Notes: generated by a model not told the origin, from the letters alone. A DNA stretch of 64,000 nucleotides from Gemmatimonadota bacterium (GCA_039591075.1 JBDHEI010000027.1:356-64355); one strand, 5' to 3'; counted from the stretch's first letter, positions 1-13,550 are shown. Numbers and translations are program-made.

Positions 1-2
1 AC

Positions 3-323
3 TTGGTGCAGGGGCATGTCGACGGTGTGGGTGAAGTCGTGGCGGTGCGCCCGACGGCCGATGCGCTGCTCATCGACATCGCCGTCTCCGGCGAGGTGGC
101 CGAGATCAGTGTACCCTACGGCTCCATCGCAGTCGACGGCGTGAGCATGACCGTGAATGCCGTTCCGGCACCTGGCGTTGTTCAACTCTCCGTGATTCCG
201 TTCACCCGGGATCACACGACGCTCGGCCGTCTGGCGCCGGGTGATCGTGTTCATGTGGAAGCCGACGTGATCGGCAAGTACGTGCGCCAGCTGCTGCAGC
301 AGCGGGGCGCGGTGCAGGCATAG
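3..323 (+). CDS. ribE: Riboflavin synthase alpha chain, C-terminal part (5' end outside window)
   Basis: VQGHVDG, GSIAVDGVSMTV and EADVIGKY motifs; directly upstream of ribBA. Confidence 0.93.
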   Translation: MVQGHVDGVGEVVAVRPTADALLIDIAVSGEVAEISVPYGSIAVDGVSMTVNAVPAPGVVQLSVIPFTRDHTTLGRLAPGDRVHVEADVIGKYVRQLLQQRGAVQA

Positions 324-332
324 GAGGCCATT

Positions 333-1538
333 ATGCCGTTCGGGACCATCGAACAGGCGATCGAAGACATCGCGCAGGGCAAACTCGTCTTGGTGGCCGA
401 CGACGAAGATCGAGAGAGCGAGGGCGATCTCGTGGGCGCGGCGCAGCACGCGACACCCGAGATGGTCAACTTCATGGCAAAGCACGGGCGGGGCCTGGTA
501 TGTCTCACGCTCACCCCAGAACGGACTCTGGAGCTCGGCCTGCCGCAAATGACCGAGACGAACTCCGATTCCTATGAAACCGCCTTCACCGTGAGCATCG
601 ATGCGGCCAAACGGTTTGGGGTGACGACGGGGATCTCCGCCGCCGACCGCGCCAAGACGATCCAGGTGGCCATCGATCCTGCCACCGTGCCCTCGGATCT
701 CCGTCGGCCCGGACACGTATTCCCGCTCCGGGCCCGGCCCGGAGGTGTGTTGCAGCGGGTGGGACACACAGAGGCGAGCGTCGACCTCGCGCGGGCGGCG
801 CGTCTCGCCCCAAGCGGCGTGATCTGCGAGGTCCTGTCCGACGACGGCACGATGATGCGGCGGCCCCAACTCGAGCGGTTCGCACTGGAGCACGGGCTCA
901 CCTTCGTGACCGTCGCGCAGCTCGTTGCGTACCGGCTGCAGAACGAACGGCTGGTACACCGAGTGGCCGAGGCGCGGTTGCCCACTCCGCACGGGGACTT
1001 CCGGGTCATCGGGTACGAAAACGATGTGGATGCACACGAGCACGTGGCGTTGGTGTACGGCGAGGTGGATCGCAGCGAGAACGTCCTGGTCCGCATGCAC
1101 TCCAAGTGTCTCACGGGCGACGTCTTTCGGTCGTCGCGGTGCGACTGTGGACCGCAGCTGCACGCGGCCATGCGCCTCATCGTCGAGGAGGGGGCCGGGG
1201 TGATCGTATACCTGGACCAGGAGGGGCGGGGAATCGGGCTCCTCAACAAGCTCAAGGCGTATCAACTTCAGGACAAAGGTCACGACACGGTCGAAGCCAA
1301 CCAAGCACTCGGGTTCGCCCCGGACCACCGCGACTACGGGATTGGGGCGCAGATCCTCATCGATCTCGGCCTGAGCTCGATCCGTATCCTGACCAACAAC
1401 CCGCGCAAGATGGTCGGACTCGACGGGTATGGTCTGGAGATTGTCGAGCGTGTTCCCCTGATCGCCAGCACGACAGACGAGAATCGGGCCTATCTCAAGG
1501 TCAAACGCGACAAGCTCGGTCACCTCTTTGCCAGCTAA
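333..1538 (+). CDS. ribBA: Bifunctional DHBP synthase / GTP cyclohydrolase II
   Basis: [60 protein letters not shown] aggagg. Confidence 0.97.
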   Translation: MPFGTIEQAIEDIAQGKLVLVADDEDRESEGDLVGAAQHATPEMVNFMAKHGRGLVCLTLTPERTLELGLPQMTETNSDSYETAFTVSIDAAKRFGVTTGISAADRAKTIQVAIDPATVPSDLRRPGHVFPLRARPGGVLQRVGHTEASVDLARAARLAPSGVICEVLSDDGTMMRRPQLERFALEHGLTFVTVAQLVAYRLQNERLVHRVAEARLPTPHGDFRVIGYENDVDAHEHVALVYGEVDRSENVLVRMHSKCLTGDVFRSSRCDCGPQLHAAMRLIVEEGAGVIVYLDQEGRGIGLLNKLKAYQLQDKGHDTVEANQALGFAPDHRDYGIGAQILIDLGLSSIRILTNNPRKMVGLDGYGLEIVERVPLIASTTDENRAYLKVKRDKLGHLFAS

Positions 1539-2019
1539 GGTGCCCAGCGATCCCCGCCCCGCGACCCCCGCCGATGCGTGGGCGCTGGTGGTCGTCAGCC
1601 GGTTCAACGAGGGTGTGACCCGCCGGCTCCTCGACGGGGCGCGTGCCGCACTCCGCGAGGAGGGGTTTGCGGACGGCCGCGTCAACGTCGTGTGGGTTCC
1701 CGGGGCCTTCGAACTGCCGGTTGCGTTGCACCGAGGGATCGAGACCGGGCGCTACGCGATCGCCGTCGCCTTGGGCGCGGTGATTCGGGGTGAGACGCCA
1801 CATTTCGACTACGTGTCCGACACGGCGAGCCACGGGATCATGGCGGTTTCGACCCGCTTCGGCGTTCCCGTTGGGTTCGGTCTGCTCACCTGCGACACCC
1901 TGGCGCAGGCCCTCGCCAGAGCCGGCGGCGAGGCGGGCAACAAAGGTGAGGAGGCGGCGCGCGCGGCGGTGGAAACGCTACGGGCGCTCGCGGCATTCCG
2001 CCCAGGTGCTGCGACCTGA
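1528..2019 (+). CDS. ribH: 6,7-dimethyl-8-ribityllumazine synthase
   Basis: VSRFN, VPGAFELP, GAVIRGETPHFDYV, GNKG motifs; exact start uncertain. Confidence 0.95.
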   Translation: MPAKVPSDPRPATPADAWALVVVSRFNEGVTRRLLDGARAALREEGFADGRVNVVWVPGAFELPVALHRGIETGRYAIAVALGAVIRGETPHFDYVSDTASHGIMAVSTRFGVPVGFGLLTCDTLAQALARAGGEAGNKGEEAARAAVETLRALAAFRPGAAT

Positions 2020-2419
2020 AAGTCGGGTCCGGGCCCGTGCCCTGCAACTCCTCTACGCGTGGGAGCTTCAGGGACGGCCACCGATGGGGAGCGTTGTGGT
2101 TGGGCTTCTCGCCGGGGAGCCGCTCCGGCGATCGGCCGTCGAGCACGCAGAGCCGCTCGCGAGCGCGGTTGCGGCGAACGTGGCGCGGCTGGACGAGGAG
2201 ATTGCCGCAGCTATCGAGCACTGGCAGCCGCAGCGGGTGGGTGTGATCGAGCGGACCATCCTGCGGCTGGCCCTGCACGAGTTGTTGACCGATCGCGCCC
2301 CGCCTCGGGTCGTCATCTCCGAGGCCGTTCGACTGGCACATTGGTTTGCGGGTGCCAAAGCACCGGCCTTCGTCAACGGCGTACTCGACGCGCTCGCCCG
2401 ACGCGCGGGACGGTTGTGA
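2006..2419 (+). CDS. nusB: Transcription antitermination factor NusB
   Basis: RARALQLLY, ERTILRLALHEL, VISEAVRLA, FVNGVLD; GTG at 2006 chosen as start; ribH-nusB synteny. Confidence 0.92.
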   Translation: MLRPESRVRARALQLLYAWELQGRPPMGSVVVGLLAGEPLRRSAVEHAEPLASAVAANVARLDEEIAAAIEHWQPQRVGVIERTILRLALHELLTDRAPPRVVISEAVRLAHWFAGAKAPAFVNGVLDALARRAGRL

Positions 2420-3546
2420 AGATCCTGGCGGTGAACTGGCTGGACCGGGAAAACCCCCAGGCCGGTGGTGCGGAGGTCCACTTCTTCGAGATCTTCCGAC
2501 GGCTGGTGGCGCGCGGTCACGAGGTGACGCTCGTCGCGTCCGGGTGGCGAGGGGCCGCACCCCGTTCGACAATCGACGGCATCGATGTGCGACGGTGTGC
2601 GGGGCGGCACACCTTCGCGCTCGTTGCACGCCGGCAGGTGCGAAATCTGCTCCGACACGATACCTACGATGTGGTCGTGGAGGATATCAACAAGCTACCG
2701 CTCTTCTTGCCTACGCTGACTGCAAGACCGGTGTACGTGATCGTGCCGCACTTGTTCGGCACGACGGCCTTCCGCGAAGCCTCGTGGCCGATCGCCTCGG
2801 TCGTATGGCTCGCCGAACGCCCAATTCCTCGCGTGTATCGGCGCTCGGCGTTCCATGCGATCAGCGAGAGCACGCGGGACGATCTGATCGACCGCGGCGT
2901 GCCGGCCCAGGCCGTACGGGTGATCTATCCCGGCGTAGACGCGTCGGTGTACAGGCCGGATCCGACCCGGACCCGGCGGCCGGTGCCGACGTTTGCCTAC
3001 GTCGGCAGGCTCAAGCGGTACAAGGGACTCGAGCTGGCGCTCGAGGCGGTGGCTCTGGCACGGCGCCAGGTGCCCACGATCCGGTTGGACATCGCGGGAT
3101 CAGGAGACGACCGTCCTCGATTGGAGCGGATCGTGCAGCAGCGGGGGCTCAGTGACTGTGTGCGCTTTCTCGGCTTCATCGGCGAGGACGAGAAGCGTCA
3201 CCTGCTGCGGGAGGCGTGGGCGGTCGTGTTCCCGTCGCCCAAGGAGGGCTGGGGAATCACGAACGTCGAGGCGGCGGCCTGCGGCACCCCGGCCGTGGCG
3301 TCTGACAGCCCCGGCTTGCGCGAGTCCGTCCTCAACGATGAAACTGGAATACTGGTTCCCCACAACCAATCGGAGGCTCTAGCGGACGCACTACGACGCC
3401 TGAGTGGCGATCTCGATCTGGTCAACCGCCTTGGACGCGGCGGCCGGGCATTTGCGGAGACCCTGTCGTGGGACCGAGCCGCCCAGCTCACCGAGGCGCA
3501 CCTGCACGAAACAGTTCGCAACGCCCCCCCGAGGGGGAAGGAGTGA
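2416..3546 (+). CDS. Glycosyltransferase family 4 (GT-B fold)
   Basis: NPQAGGAE, YVGRLKRYKG, PSPKEGWGITNVEAAACGTP; GTG overlaps the nusB stop. Confidence 0.9.
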   Translation: MKILAVNWLDRENPQAGGAEVHFFEIFRRLVARGHEVTLVASGWRGAAPRSTIDGIDVRRCAGRHTFALVARRQVRNLLRHDTYDVVVEDINKLPLFLPTLTARPVYVIVPHLFGTTAFREASWPIASVVWLAERPIPRVYRRSAFHAISESTRDDLIDRGVPAQAVRVIYPGVDASVYRPDPTRTRRPVPTFAYVGRLKRYKGLELALEAVALARRQVPTIRLDIAGSGDDRPRLERIVQQRGLSDCVRFLGFIGEDEKRHLLREAWAVVFPSPKEGWGITNVEAAACGTPAVASDSPGLRESVLNDETGILVPHNQSEALADALRRLSGDLDLVNRLGRGGRAFAETLSWDRAAQLTEAHLHETVRNAPPRGKE

Positions 3547-3553
3547 GCGAGCC

Positions 3554-3850
3554 ATGCGAATCATCGTGACCGCACGTCACTGTGAGATTTCCGACGAGCT
3601 GAGAGCGCGAGCCGAGACGGTGGTCGAAAAGCTCGCCAAGGCGGCCCACCGGCCCCAGCGGGCCGAAATCATATTCGATGCCGACCATGGGCACAAAGTT
3701 GTCGAGATTCAGCTCTACCTCCCGCGCGGTCAGGTGAAAATCGCCTCGGCAGAGGCTGAGGACTTTCGTTCCGCCTTGGATCGGGTCGGGGCCAAGCTGC
3801 GGAATCAACTGGACAAGAACTCCGGTCGGCCGGTGCGAGGGCCGGCCTAG
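3554..3850 (+). CDS. hpf: Ribosome hibernation factor HPF/RaiA family (short form)
   Basis: MRIIVTARH...AEDFRSALD...KLRNQL; position upstream of hprK. Confidence 0.85.
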   Translation: MRIIVTARHCEISDELRARAETVVEKLAKAAHRPQRAEIIFDADHGHKVVEIQLYLPRGQVKIASAEAEDFRSALDRVGAKLRNQLDKNSGRPVRGPA

Positions 3851-3851
3851 C

Positions 3852-4829
3852 ATGGGCAAGCCAACACTCACGATCCGGGACATCCTGGAGCGCAAAGGCG
3901 AGTCCCTGAAGCTCGAGGTCCTCACGGGAGACGCGGGGCTGGATCGCGAAGTCAGTGTGCCCGAGGTGTCGAGCCCCGGGCTCGTCTTTGCCGGGTTCAC
4001 CCGCCGGTTCGCCGCCGAGCGCCTGCACGCCTTGGGCGAGACGGAGATCGCCTATCTGGACTCCCTCACGGCCGACGATCTGAAGCGCGCGCTGGAGACG
4101 TTCATGAGCTACGAGCTCCCGTGTGTGTTCGTCACCAAGGGGCAGGAGGTTCCGGCCGGGCTCGTGAGTCTTGGCAAGGAGCGCGGTATCGCAGTCCTTC
4201 GGTCCCAGCTCGGGACGGCGGAGTTCTACCGCAAGATCTCGCCCTATCTGATCGAGATGTTCGCACCGGCGACACAAATCCATGCGTCGATGGCCGATGT
4301 GTACGGGGTGGGACTGCTCTTCGTCGGTCGGTCGGGCATCGGCAAGAGCGAGTGCGTGCTCGACCTCGTGGAGCGCGGTCATCGGCTGGTGGGTGACGAT
4401 GTCGTTCACGTCACCCTGCGGGGCTCGGGAGTGCTGATTGGGCGATCGCACGAGTTGGCGCATCGGTACATGGAGATCCGGGGTATCGGGCTCGTTGACG
4501 TCATGGCGCTGTTCGGCGTCCGGGCGGTTCGGCAGCAGAAGCGTATCGAGGTGGTCGTCGAGCTACAGGATTGGGAGAGCGCCCAGCAGGACGTGGAGCG
4601 AACGGGTCTGGACGGTCGCACCGCCACGATCCTCGGCGTCGAGCTGCCCCTGGTTCGGATTCCGCTCAACCCGGGCAAGAATCTGACAGTGATCTGCGAG
4701 GTCGTTGCCATGAACCACCTGTTGCGCTACAGCGGGGTGGATGCCGCGCGACAATTCAACGAACACCTGATCCAGCGACTCGTCGAACAGGCGGAACTCC
4801 GGGAGTACCTCGCGGAAGACTATGAGTGA
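3852..4829 (+). CDS. hprK: HPr(Ser) kinase/phosphorylase
   Basis: Walker A GRSGIGKSE, HRLVGDD, MEIRGIG, PGKNL. Confidence 0.96.
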   Translation: MGKPTLTIRDILERKGESLKLEVLTGDAGLDREVSVPEVSSPGLVFAGFTRRFAAERLHALGETEIAYLDSLTADDLKRALETFMSYELPCVFVTKGQEVPAGLVSLGKERGIAVLRSQLGTAEFYRKISPYLIEMFAPATQIHASMADVYGVGLLFVGRSGIGKSECVLDLVERGHRLVGDDVVHVTLRGSGVLIGRSHELAHRYMEIRGIGLVDVMALFGVRAVRQQKRIEVVVELQDWESAQQDVERTGLDGRTATILGVELPLVRIPLNPGKNLTVICEVVAMNHLLRYSGVDAARQFNEHLIQRLVEQAELREYLAEDYE

Positions 4830-5211
4830 GCCGCTCCGAGGCGTGATCGTGTCGCATGCCGGCATCGCGACCGCGTTGATCGACGCGGTGAAGGGCATCG
4901 CGGGAGACACCAGCGGGATCGTCGCGATCACGAATACCGGGGCGTCCCCCGACCGCCTCTGCTCCGACATCGGCGCGGCTGTCGGATCCGGCCCGGCCGT
5001 GGTGTTCGTCGACATGCCGGGTGGGAGCTGCCTCCATGCCGCGCTGGCGGAGCTGCGAGCCCGGTCTGACGTGGCTGTCGTGGCGGGGGTCAATCTTCCG
5101 ATGCTGTTGGATTTCGCATTTCACCGCGAGCTGCCGCCGTTCGAGGCGGCCGAGCGCGCGGTGGCAGCGGGCACCCGGGCCATCCGGTCAGTGACGCTGT
5201 CCGCGGGATGA
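4822..5211 (+). CDS. PTS mannose/fructose/sorbose class EIIA
   Basis: IVSHA phospho-His, VDMPGGS, GVNLPML. Confidence 0.88.
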   Translation: MSEPLRGVIVSHAGIATALIDAVKGIAGDTSGIVAITNTGASPDRLCSDIGAAVGSGPAVVFVDMPGGSCLHAALAELRARSDVAVVAGVNLPMLLDFAFHRELPPFEAAERAVAAGTRAIRSVTLSAG

Positions 5212-5681
5212 GCATCGTTCTCACACGCCTCGATGATCGGCTGATTCACGGTCAGGTGGTGGTCGGCTGGGTCCAACACCTCGGGGTGAAGCGGATCGTG
5301 TTGGTCGACGACGAGGTTCGATCCAATGCCTGGGAGCAGGAGTTGTACACGCTCGGCGTGCCCGGGGACATCACGGTGGAATTCGCCTCGGTAGACGAGG
5401 CGGTCCAAGCCGTGAGGGACTGGAACGCCGATCCGACGCGAACCCTCCTTCTCGCCGGTCGCGTCGACGTGATCATTCGTCTCTGCGAGGGCACCGACGT
5501 GATTCGCAAGATCAATGTCGGTGGTCTGCACGAAGGTAGTGGGCGAACCCAACGGCTCGCCTTCGTGTACCTGACCGGTGAGGAAGCGGAGCAGCTGCGT
5601 CGGCTCCACGACCAGGGAGTAGAGGTCAGCGCCCAGGACGTGCCAACCGCCAACCCCGCTCCGTTGAAGGACTGGGCATGA
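5208..5681 (+). CDS. PTS mannose/sorbose class EIIB
   Basis: RLDDRLIHGQV signature, INVGG. Confidence 0.93.
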   Translation: MSIVLTRLDDRLIHGQVVVGWVQHLGVKRIVLVDDEVRSNAWEQELYTLGVPGDITVEFASVDEAVQAVRDWNADPTRTLLLAGRVDVIIRLCEGTDVIRKINVGGLHEGSGRTQRLAFVYLTGEEAEQLRRLHDQGVEVSAQDVPTANPAPLKDWA

Positions 5682-6349
5682 CCCCCGAGTGGGGATGGCT
5701 CGTGGTGTGGGGGGCCATTGTCAGCCTCGATCTGGTCAGTGTGGGCCAGTTCATGCTGGCCCGGCCACTGGTCGCGGGGACGGTGGCAGGCGTGATCCTG
5801 GGGGATCCGCTGGCCGGCGGCACGGTCGGCGCCATCCTCGAGCTGTTTGCGCTCGACGTGCTCCCGATCGGCGGTGTTCGCTATCCCGACTACGGGGTCG
5901 GCGCCGTGGCGGCCGCGGCGACCGCCGCAGGGGCACCAGGTGCGCTCGGGACGGGGATCGCCGTCTGCACGGGACTCGTCGTGGCCTACGTCGGGGAATG
6001 GGTGATGCTCGTCGTGCGGCAGGCGAACACCGCGGATGTTCGGCGACATCGGGAGGCGCTGGATGCGGGACACCCACCGACGATCGCGGCGGTCCATGTC
6101 CGCGGCTTGGGGCGGGACTTGGTGCGCTCGGTCGTCCTGACGGTTGGCGGCCTGGCACTGGCGGCTGCGGTGTATCGCTGGCCCCCGGTCGACGAGGTTC
6201 GCGGGGCGGTGCTCGTGGGCATCGTCGTCATAGGTGCCGGCCTCGGGGCCGCGACTGCCGGCGTGCTCCGTGCCGTGGGGCAGACCGTCACGGTACGGTG
6301 GTTCGGCCTCGGGCTCATCGCCGGCGTGATCTGGACGTTCAGCCAATGA
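5678..6349 (+). CDS. PTS mannose class EIIC
   Basis: Hydrophobic; QFMLARPLVAG, GAILEL, PIGG..PD. Confidence 0.87.
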   Translation: MTPEWGWLVVWGAIVSLDLVSVGQFMLARPLVAGTVAGVILGDPLAGGTVGAILELFALDVLPIGGVRYPDYGVGAVAAAATAAGAPGALGTGIAVCTGLVVAYVGEWVMLVVRQANTADVRRHREALDAGHPPTIAAVHVRGLGRDLVRSVVLTVGGLALAAAVYRWPPVDEVRGAVLVGIVVIGAGLGAATAGVLRAVGQTVTVRWFGLGLIAGVIWTFSQ

Positions 6350-7083
6350 CGCGGGGCCTGGGGGCGAGTTGGCTGCGGACATTCCTGCTGCAGGCGTCGT
6401 TCAACTTCGACCGCATGGTGGGGATCGGGTGGGCCTGGGCGGCGGAACCGATCTTGCGTACCTTGCCCGGCGGCCGTGGCGGCGAGGCGTACCGCGGCGC
6501 CATGCGGCGGGCCACGCGCTTCTTCAATGCGCATCCGTACCTGGCCGGGATGGCCGTGGGTGCCGTGGCGCGGGCGGAACACGAGGGACTGCCGCCGGAG
6601 AAGGTGGAGCGGCTGCGGCAGGCGTTGGTTGGTCCATTGGGCTCGGTCGGCGACAAGCTCATCTGGGCGGGGGTCATGCCGGCCTCGGTGGGCCTCGGAC
6701 TTATCGTCGCGGCACTGGTGTCGCCGGTGGCGGGGGCAGTGGTCTTCTTCGTCGGCTACAATGCCGTGCACCTCCCGCTGCGCTGGTGGGCGCTGCGTGA
6801 GGGGTGGCGCCGCGGCGCGGACGTTTCGGGCGCCCTGACCGCGGGGGGTATCAAGCGCGGTATGCGCCTGTTGGGCCCCCTCGGAGCCCTGCTCGTCGGC
6901 ATCGCCATTCCCGTGCTAGGGGGATGGCTCGCCCGGGACTATGTTTTGGAGACGAAACTCAGCATCGCCCTGGTCGGTGCCCTCGGGGTCGCGTTTGCGC
7001 GGTGGATCCTGCCGGCGTTCAGAGGGCTCAGGTTCGGACTCGTGGCGGCGGCAGTCGCCTTGCTCGTGGGGTGGGTGTCATGA
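6346..7083 (+). CDS. PTS mannose class EIID
   Basis: QASFNFDRM, FFNAHPY, GPLGSVGDKLIW; ATG overlaps the EIIC stop. Confidence 0.9.
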   Translation: MTRGLGASWLRTFLLQASFNFDRMVGIGWAWAAEPILRTLPGGRGGEAYRGAMRRATRFFNAHPYLAGMAVGAVARAEHEGLPPEKVERLRQALVGPLGSVGDKLIWAGVMPASVGLGLIVAALVSPVAGAVVFFVGYNAVHLPLRWWALREGWRRGADVSGALTAGGIKRGMRLLGPLGALLVGIAIPVLGGWLARDYVLETKLSIALVGALGVAFARWILPAFRGLRFGLVAAAVALLVGWVS

Positions 7084-7349
7084 CGATCGAACGCACAACG
7101 ACAATCCGGAATCGACTCGGACTCCACGCCCGACCGGCGGCGGACTTCGTCAAGGTGGCGGCGAAGTTCCAGTCCGAGATCTCACTTGGGAAAGATGGCG
7201 TGTGGGTGAACGGTAAGAGCATCATGGGCGTCATGACCCTCGCGGCGGAGTTCGGCAGTACCGTGACCGTGCGTGCCGAGGGCGAGGACGCAAAGAATGC
7301 GATCGAGGCATTGGCACAGTGCCTGAGCCGGGAGTACGTGGAACAATGA
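7080..7349 (+). CDS. ptsH: Phosphocarrier protein HPr
   Basis: GLHARPAA (His15) and KSIMGVM (Ser46). Confidence 0.96.
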   Translation: MTIERTTTIRNRLGLHARPAADFVKVAAKFQSEISLGKDGVWVNGKSIMGVMTLAAEFGSTVTVRAEGEDAKNAIEALAQCLSREYVEQ

Positions 7350-9169
7350 CCGAGTCGCGGCTGCTCAAGGGTGTCGGGGTGGCGCCGGGCATCAAGATCG
7401 GCATGGCGCGAGTGGTGCAATGGGAACTCCCGACCGTGACGCGGACCTTCGTGACCGCCGACGAGGTCCAGGGCGAGATCGCGCGCCTGCACGAGTCGCT
7501 GTCCGCCGTGCGCGTCTTGCTCGAGGAGCTTCGCGACCGCACGCGCGAGCGAGCGGGCGTCGAGGAATCCAAGATCTTCGACGCTCAGATCCTGATGCTC
7601 CAGGACCCCGAGTTTGTCCGCGAGGTCGAGGTCCTCATTCACGACAACCACCTGTCGGCGGAGCGGGCCTTCGAGTTCGAAACGCTCGAGATGCGGGCTA
7701 TGTGGGCGCAGTCGTCGAGCTTCCAACTCCGCCAGCGGGTTGCCGACATCTCCGGCATTCAGGTCCGCGTCCTGAATCACCTCATGGGCCGGTCGGTGGG
7801 TGATGCCATCCCAACGATCGAGGAAACCCCGACGATCGTGTTTACCCGCGAGCTCACGCCAGGGCTCACGGTGCAGCTCGAGCGTGAGGATGTCGCCGGC
7901 CTCGCGAGCTCCGAGGGCGCTCGGACCGCACACGCCGCGATTCTGGCCCGGAGTCTCGGTATCCCATCGGTCATGGGGGTGATCGAAGGGTTTGACCGCG
8001 TGCAGGACGGCATGGAGGTGATCCTCGACGGGACACACGGCATCGTGCTGCTCACGCCGACGGCCGAGGAAATGGCCGCGGCCCGGGCCACCGAGCGGCT
8101 GCGCGTCGAGCTGGATGAGAAGCTCGGGGAGATCGTCGGGCTCCCCGCCGTCACGACCGATGGTCGCCAGATCGCGCTCCGAGGGAACGTCGACATGCCC
8201 GAAGAGCTGGATGCCACCGTTCATCACGGTGGCGAAGGGGTGGGGCTCCTGAGGACCGAGTTCTTGATTCTGGGTCGGACCGAGCTCCCGACCGAAGATG
8301 ATCAGGCCTTCTATTTCGAGCATGTCGCCAAGAGTTTTCCGGGTCACCCGGTCGTGGTCCGCACCTACGATCTCGGCGGCGACAAGTTCCCGGCGGTATT
8401 CCGCACTGCACCCGAGGCCAACCCGTTTCTCGGGTGGCGGGCCATCAGGGTCTGTCTCGACCAGCCGGAGCTGTTCCGGGTGCAGATCCGGGCTGCGCTC
8501 CGGGCGCGGCTGCACGGTGACGTGCGGCTCATGATCCCGATGGTGTCACAACTCGAAGAGATCACCTGCACGCAGGAGCTCGTGGCCGAGTCGGCTCGGC
8601 AGCTCGAACGGGATGGGATCCCGGCCGCCGACTCCATCCCGCTTGGCGTCATGATCGAGACTCCGGCGGCGGCGATCCTCGTGGATCAGTTCGCCAACCG
8701 CTGCGATTTCATGAGTATCGGGACCAACGATCTCACCCAGTACACGCTGGCGGTCGATCGGGGGAACGCGAGGCTCGCCGATCGGTTCACGCCGCACAAC
8801 CCGGCGGTGTTGCAGCTGCTGGAGCGCATTGCGGACGGCGCGGCACGCTCGGGCATCGAGGTGAGTGTCTGCGGCGAGATGGCGTCCGATCCGCTCTCGA
8901 CGTTCCTCCTGCTGGGACTCGGCTATCGGGTGCTCAGTGTGTCCCCGCCGTCGCTCCCACTCGTGCGATGGGTCATCCGGCAGGTGGACGTCGATGGGGC
9001 AGCGGCTGCAGCCAATGCTGCGTTGCTCGCTCCGACGAAGGACGAGGCCGAGGCGATACTGGAGCGCGGACTCGCGGAGTTCGTCGACCTCGAGCTCCTC
9101 AAAGGCGGGCGGTTGCCCACTATGGTGGGCTCCGCTAGGTTGAGAAGCTTCTCTACCGGACGGCTCTAA
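7346..9169 (+). CDS. ptsI: PTS enzyme I
   Basis: [53 protein letters not shown]. Confidence 0.97.
   Translation: MTESRLLKGVGVAPGIKIGMARVVQWELPTVTRTFVTADEVQGEIARLHESLSAVRVLLEELRDRTRERAGVEESKIFDAQILMLQDPEFVREVEVLIHDNHLSAERAFEFETLEMRAMWAQSSSFQLRQRVADISGIQVRVLNHLMGRSVGDAIPTIEETPTIVFTRELTPGLTVQLEREDVAGLASSEGARTAHAAILARSLGIPSVMGVIEGFDRVQDGMEVILDGTHGIVLLTPTAEEMAAARATERLRVELDEKLGEIVGLPAVTTDGRQIALRGNVDMPEELDATVHHGGEGVGLLRTEFLILGRTELPTEDDQAFYFEHVAKSFPGHPVVVRTYDLGGDKFPAVFRTAPEANPFLGWRAIRVCLDQPELFRVQIRAALRARLHGDVRLMIPMVSQLEEITCTQELVAESARQLERDGIPAADSIPLGVMIETPAAAILVDQFANRCDFMSIGTNDLTQYTLAVDRGNARLADRFTPHNPAVLQLLERIADGAARSGIEVSVCGEMASDPLSTFLLLGLGYRVLSVSPPSLPLVRWVIRQVDVDGAAAAANAALLAPTKDEAEAILERGLAEFVDLELLKGGRLPTMVGSARLRSFSTGRL
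9113..9141 (+). promoter_or_regulatory. Putative sigma70-type promoter for metK inside the ptsI 3' end
   Basis: TTGCCC-17 nt-TAGGTT about 40 nt upstream of the metK ATG. Confidence 0.4.
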
Positions 9170-9182
9170 AGGCGCGAACTGT

Positions 9183-11775
<2,593 letters not shown>

Positions 11776-11781
11776 GGCTCG

Positions 11782-12279
11782 ATGATCGAAGTCAAGGTCG
11801 CCCATCTCGGTCTCGATCGTGCCACCAATACTCCAGTGGTCATCCTTCAGGAGAAGGAGGGTGAGCGGGTCCTGCCCATATGGATCGGTCCGGCGGAGGC
11901 GAGCGCCATCGCCATGGAGTTGGCCGGGGTGAAGTTCGCCAGGCCGCTGACCCACGATCTCGTCAAACAGATCGTGATCGGGCTTGGCGCGACCCTTTCG
12001 CGGGTGTTCATTACGCAGGTAAAAGAGAACACGTACTTCGCCGAGCTGCATCTCCACCGCGATGACCACGTCATTCACATCGACGCCAGACCGTCGGACA
12101 GCATTGCGGTCGCGCTCAGGCTGAAGGCTCCCATCTTCACGCAGGACGGCCTGTTGGAGCTCACGACCATCGATACCGTCGAGCCCATGGGGCCCGAGTC
12201 TGGAGACGTGGATGCCGAGTCGCTCCGCTCGTATCTCGAGAACCTGGATCCTGAGGATTTCGGCAAGTTCACGCCGTAG
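11782..12279 (+). CDS. Bifunctional nuclease (DUF151) family protein
   Basis: LPIWIG..EA..I, RPLTHDL, IDARPSDSIAVALR. Confidence 0.92.
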   Translation: MIEVKVAHLGLDRATNTPVVILQEKEGERVLPIWIGPAEASAIAMELAGVKFARPLTHDLVKQIVIGLGATLSRVFITQVKENTYFAELHLHRDDHVIHIDARPSDSIAVALRLKAPIFTQDGLLELTTIDTVEPMGPESGDVDAESLRSYLENLDPEDFGKFTP

Positions 12280-13378
12280 CATACTCATCGCGACACTCGT
12301 AGCCCTGGGGCTCGTCGGAACCGTCGAGGCCCAGGGCCTTCGTGTGACCGGTAGGGTGGTCCGCATTGTCGGCGGCGACTCGACCGCCATTGTAGGACGA
12401 TGGGTGGTGCTGCATGCCGTGGGGCCGATGGAAGGAGCGGCGATCGATTCGCAGCGCACCGATCGCGCAGGGCGCTACGCGTTCGGCCGGTCATCGGTCG
12501 ACACCTCGGCCAGCTACCTGACCAGCGTTGAGCACCAGGACGTTGCCTACTTCAGCGAACCGTTCGCACCGCCACCGTCTGGCGTCGCGGGGGTTCCTCC
12601 CCTGGTCGTGTACGATACATCCGCCACCGGTCCCCCGATCGTGATCGCCGAGCGGCATGTGCTCGTGCGCCGTCCCGAGACGGGTGGTCGCCGGGTGGTC
12701 GAGTTGTTCGTGTTGGTCAATCGTGGGGAGCGAACCCGGGTCGCGGCGGATTCGCTCACTCCCGTCTGGCAGGGGGCGGTCACGCCGTTCGCTCGGGAAT
12801 TCGAAATCGGCATGAGCGACCTTGGCACGGATGCGATCGAGTACCGTGCCAACACCCTCACCGTGTTCGCCCCGATTCCCCCGGGCGAGCGGCAGATCCT
12901 CGTGGGATATCTGCTGGCGTCGAACCTGGATTCGATGGCCGTCATCGTGGACCAGCCCGTGGAGCGCCTCAGCGTCCTGCTGGAAGACAGCCTGGCGTCG
13001 CTCGACGCGCCGGCACTCGCCCTCCGCGGCGTGGAAGAACTGGATGGCTCGACGCTGCGCCGCTACGGTGCGGAGTCCATCGACCGAGGAGTGCGGGTCA
13101 CCGTGCGATTCGGGACCGGCAGACAGGCACGATCGCCGGTCTTGTGGATCGTGATTCCGCTGGCCGCGGTCGTCCTGTTCGGTGTGTTTGCCATGTGGTG
13201 GCGCCGGACTCGGACGTCGGCGGCACCCGCCGCGGACGATCCCGCGGCGCTCGCGGCCGACATCGCCGCGCTGGATGCGGCACGCACGACCATGGATGAG
13301 GAGACGTACCGCGCGCGCCGAGCGGAGCTGAAGGCACGGCTGTCGGCTGCCCTGGCGCTGCCTTCGGCACCCCACTAG
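12212..13378 (+). CDS. Exported beta-rich protein with C-terminal TM helix and short cytoplasmic tail; start uncertain
   Basis: Signal-like ILIATLVALGLVGTVEA; carboxypeptidase-regulatory-like N-terminus (RVTGRV...RTDRAGRYAF); TM LWIVIPLAAVVLFGVFAMWW. Confidence 0.65.
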   Translation: MPSRSARISRTWILRISASSRRSILIATLVALGLVGTVEAQGLRVTGRVVRIVGGDSTAIVGRWVVLHAVGPMEGAAIDSQRTDRAGRYAFGRSSVDTSASYLTSVEHQDVAYFSEPFAPPPSGVAGVPPLVVYDTSATGPPIVIAERHVLVRRPETGGRRVVELFVLVNRGERTRVAADSLTPVWQGAVTPFAREFEIGMSDLGTDAIEYRANTLTVFAPIPPGERQILVGYLLASNLDSMAVIVDQPVERLSVLLEDSLASLDAPALALRGVEELDGSTLRRYGAESIDRGVRVTVRFGTGRQARSPVLWIVIPLAAVVLFGVFAMWWRRTRTSAAPAADDPAALAADIAALDAARTTMDEETYRARRAELKARLSAALALPSAPH

Positions 13379-13404
13379 ACTTCGATCGAGTACGTTTTCG
13401 ACCA

Positions 13405-13550
13405 TAGTTGCGACCGCGACGGCGGAAGGCCGGTGAGAATCCGGCGCGGCCCCGCCACTGTAACGGGCACCGTCAGCTGCTTCAGCACGCCACTGGGAAA
13501 CCGGGAAGGCGAACCAGCTGCCCGAAGCCAGGAGACGCCACGCGCTCGCA
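13405..13550 (+). ncRNA. Cobalamin (AdoCbl) riboswitch
   Basis: ggaa-ccggtgagaatccggcgcggccccgccactgtaa, gccactgggaaaccgggaagg and B12-box agccaggagac elements, upstream of B12 uptake genes; ends approximate. Confidence 0.93.
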
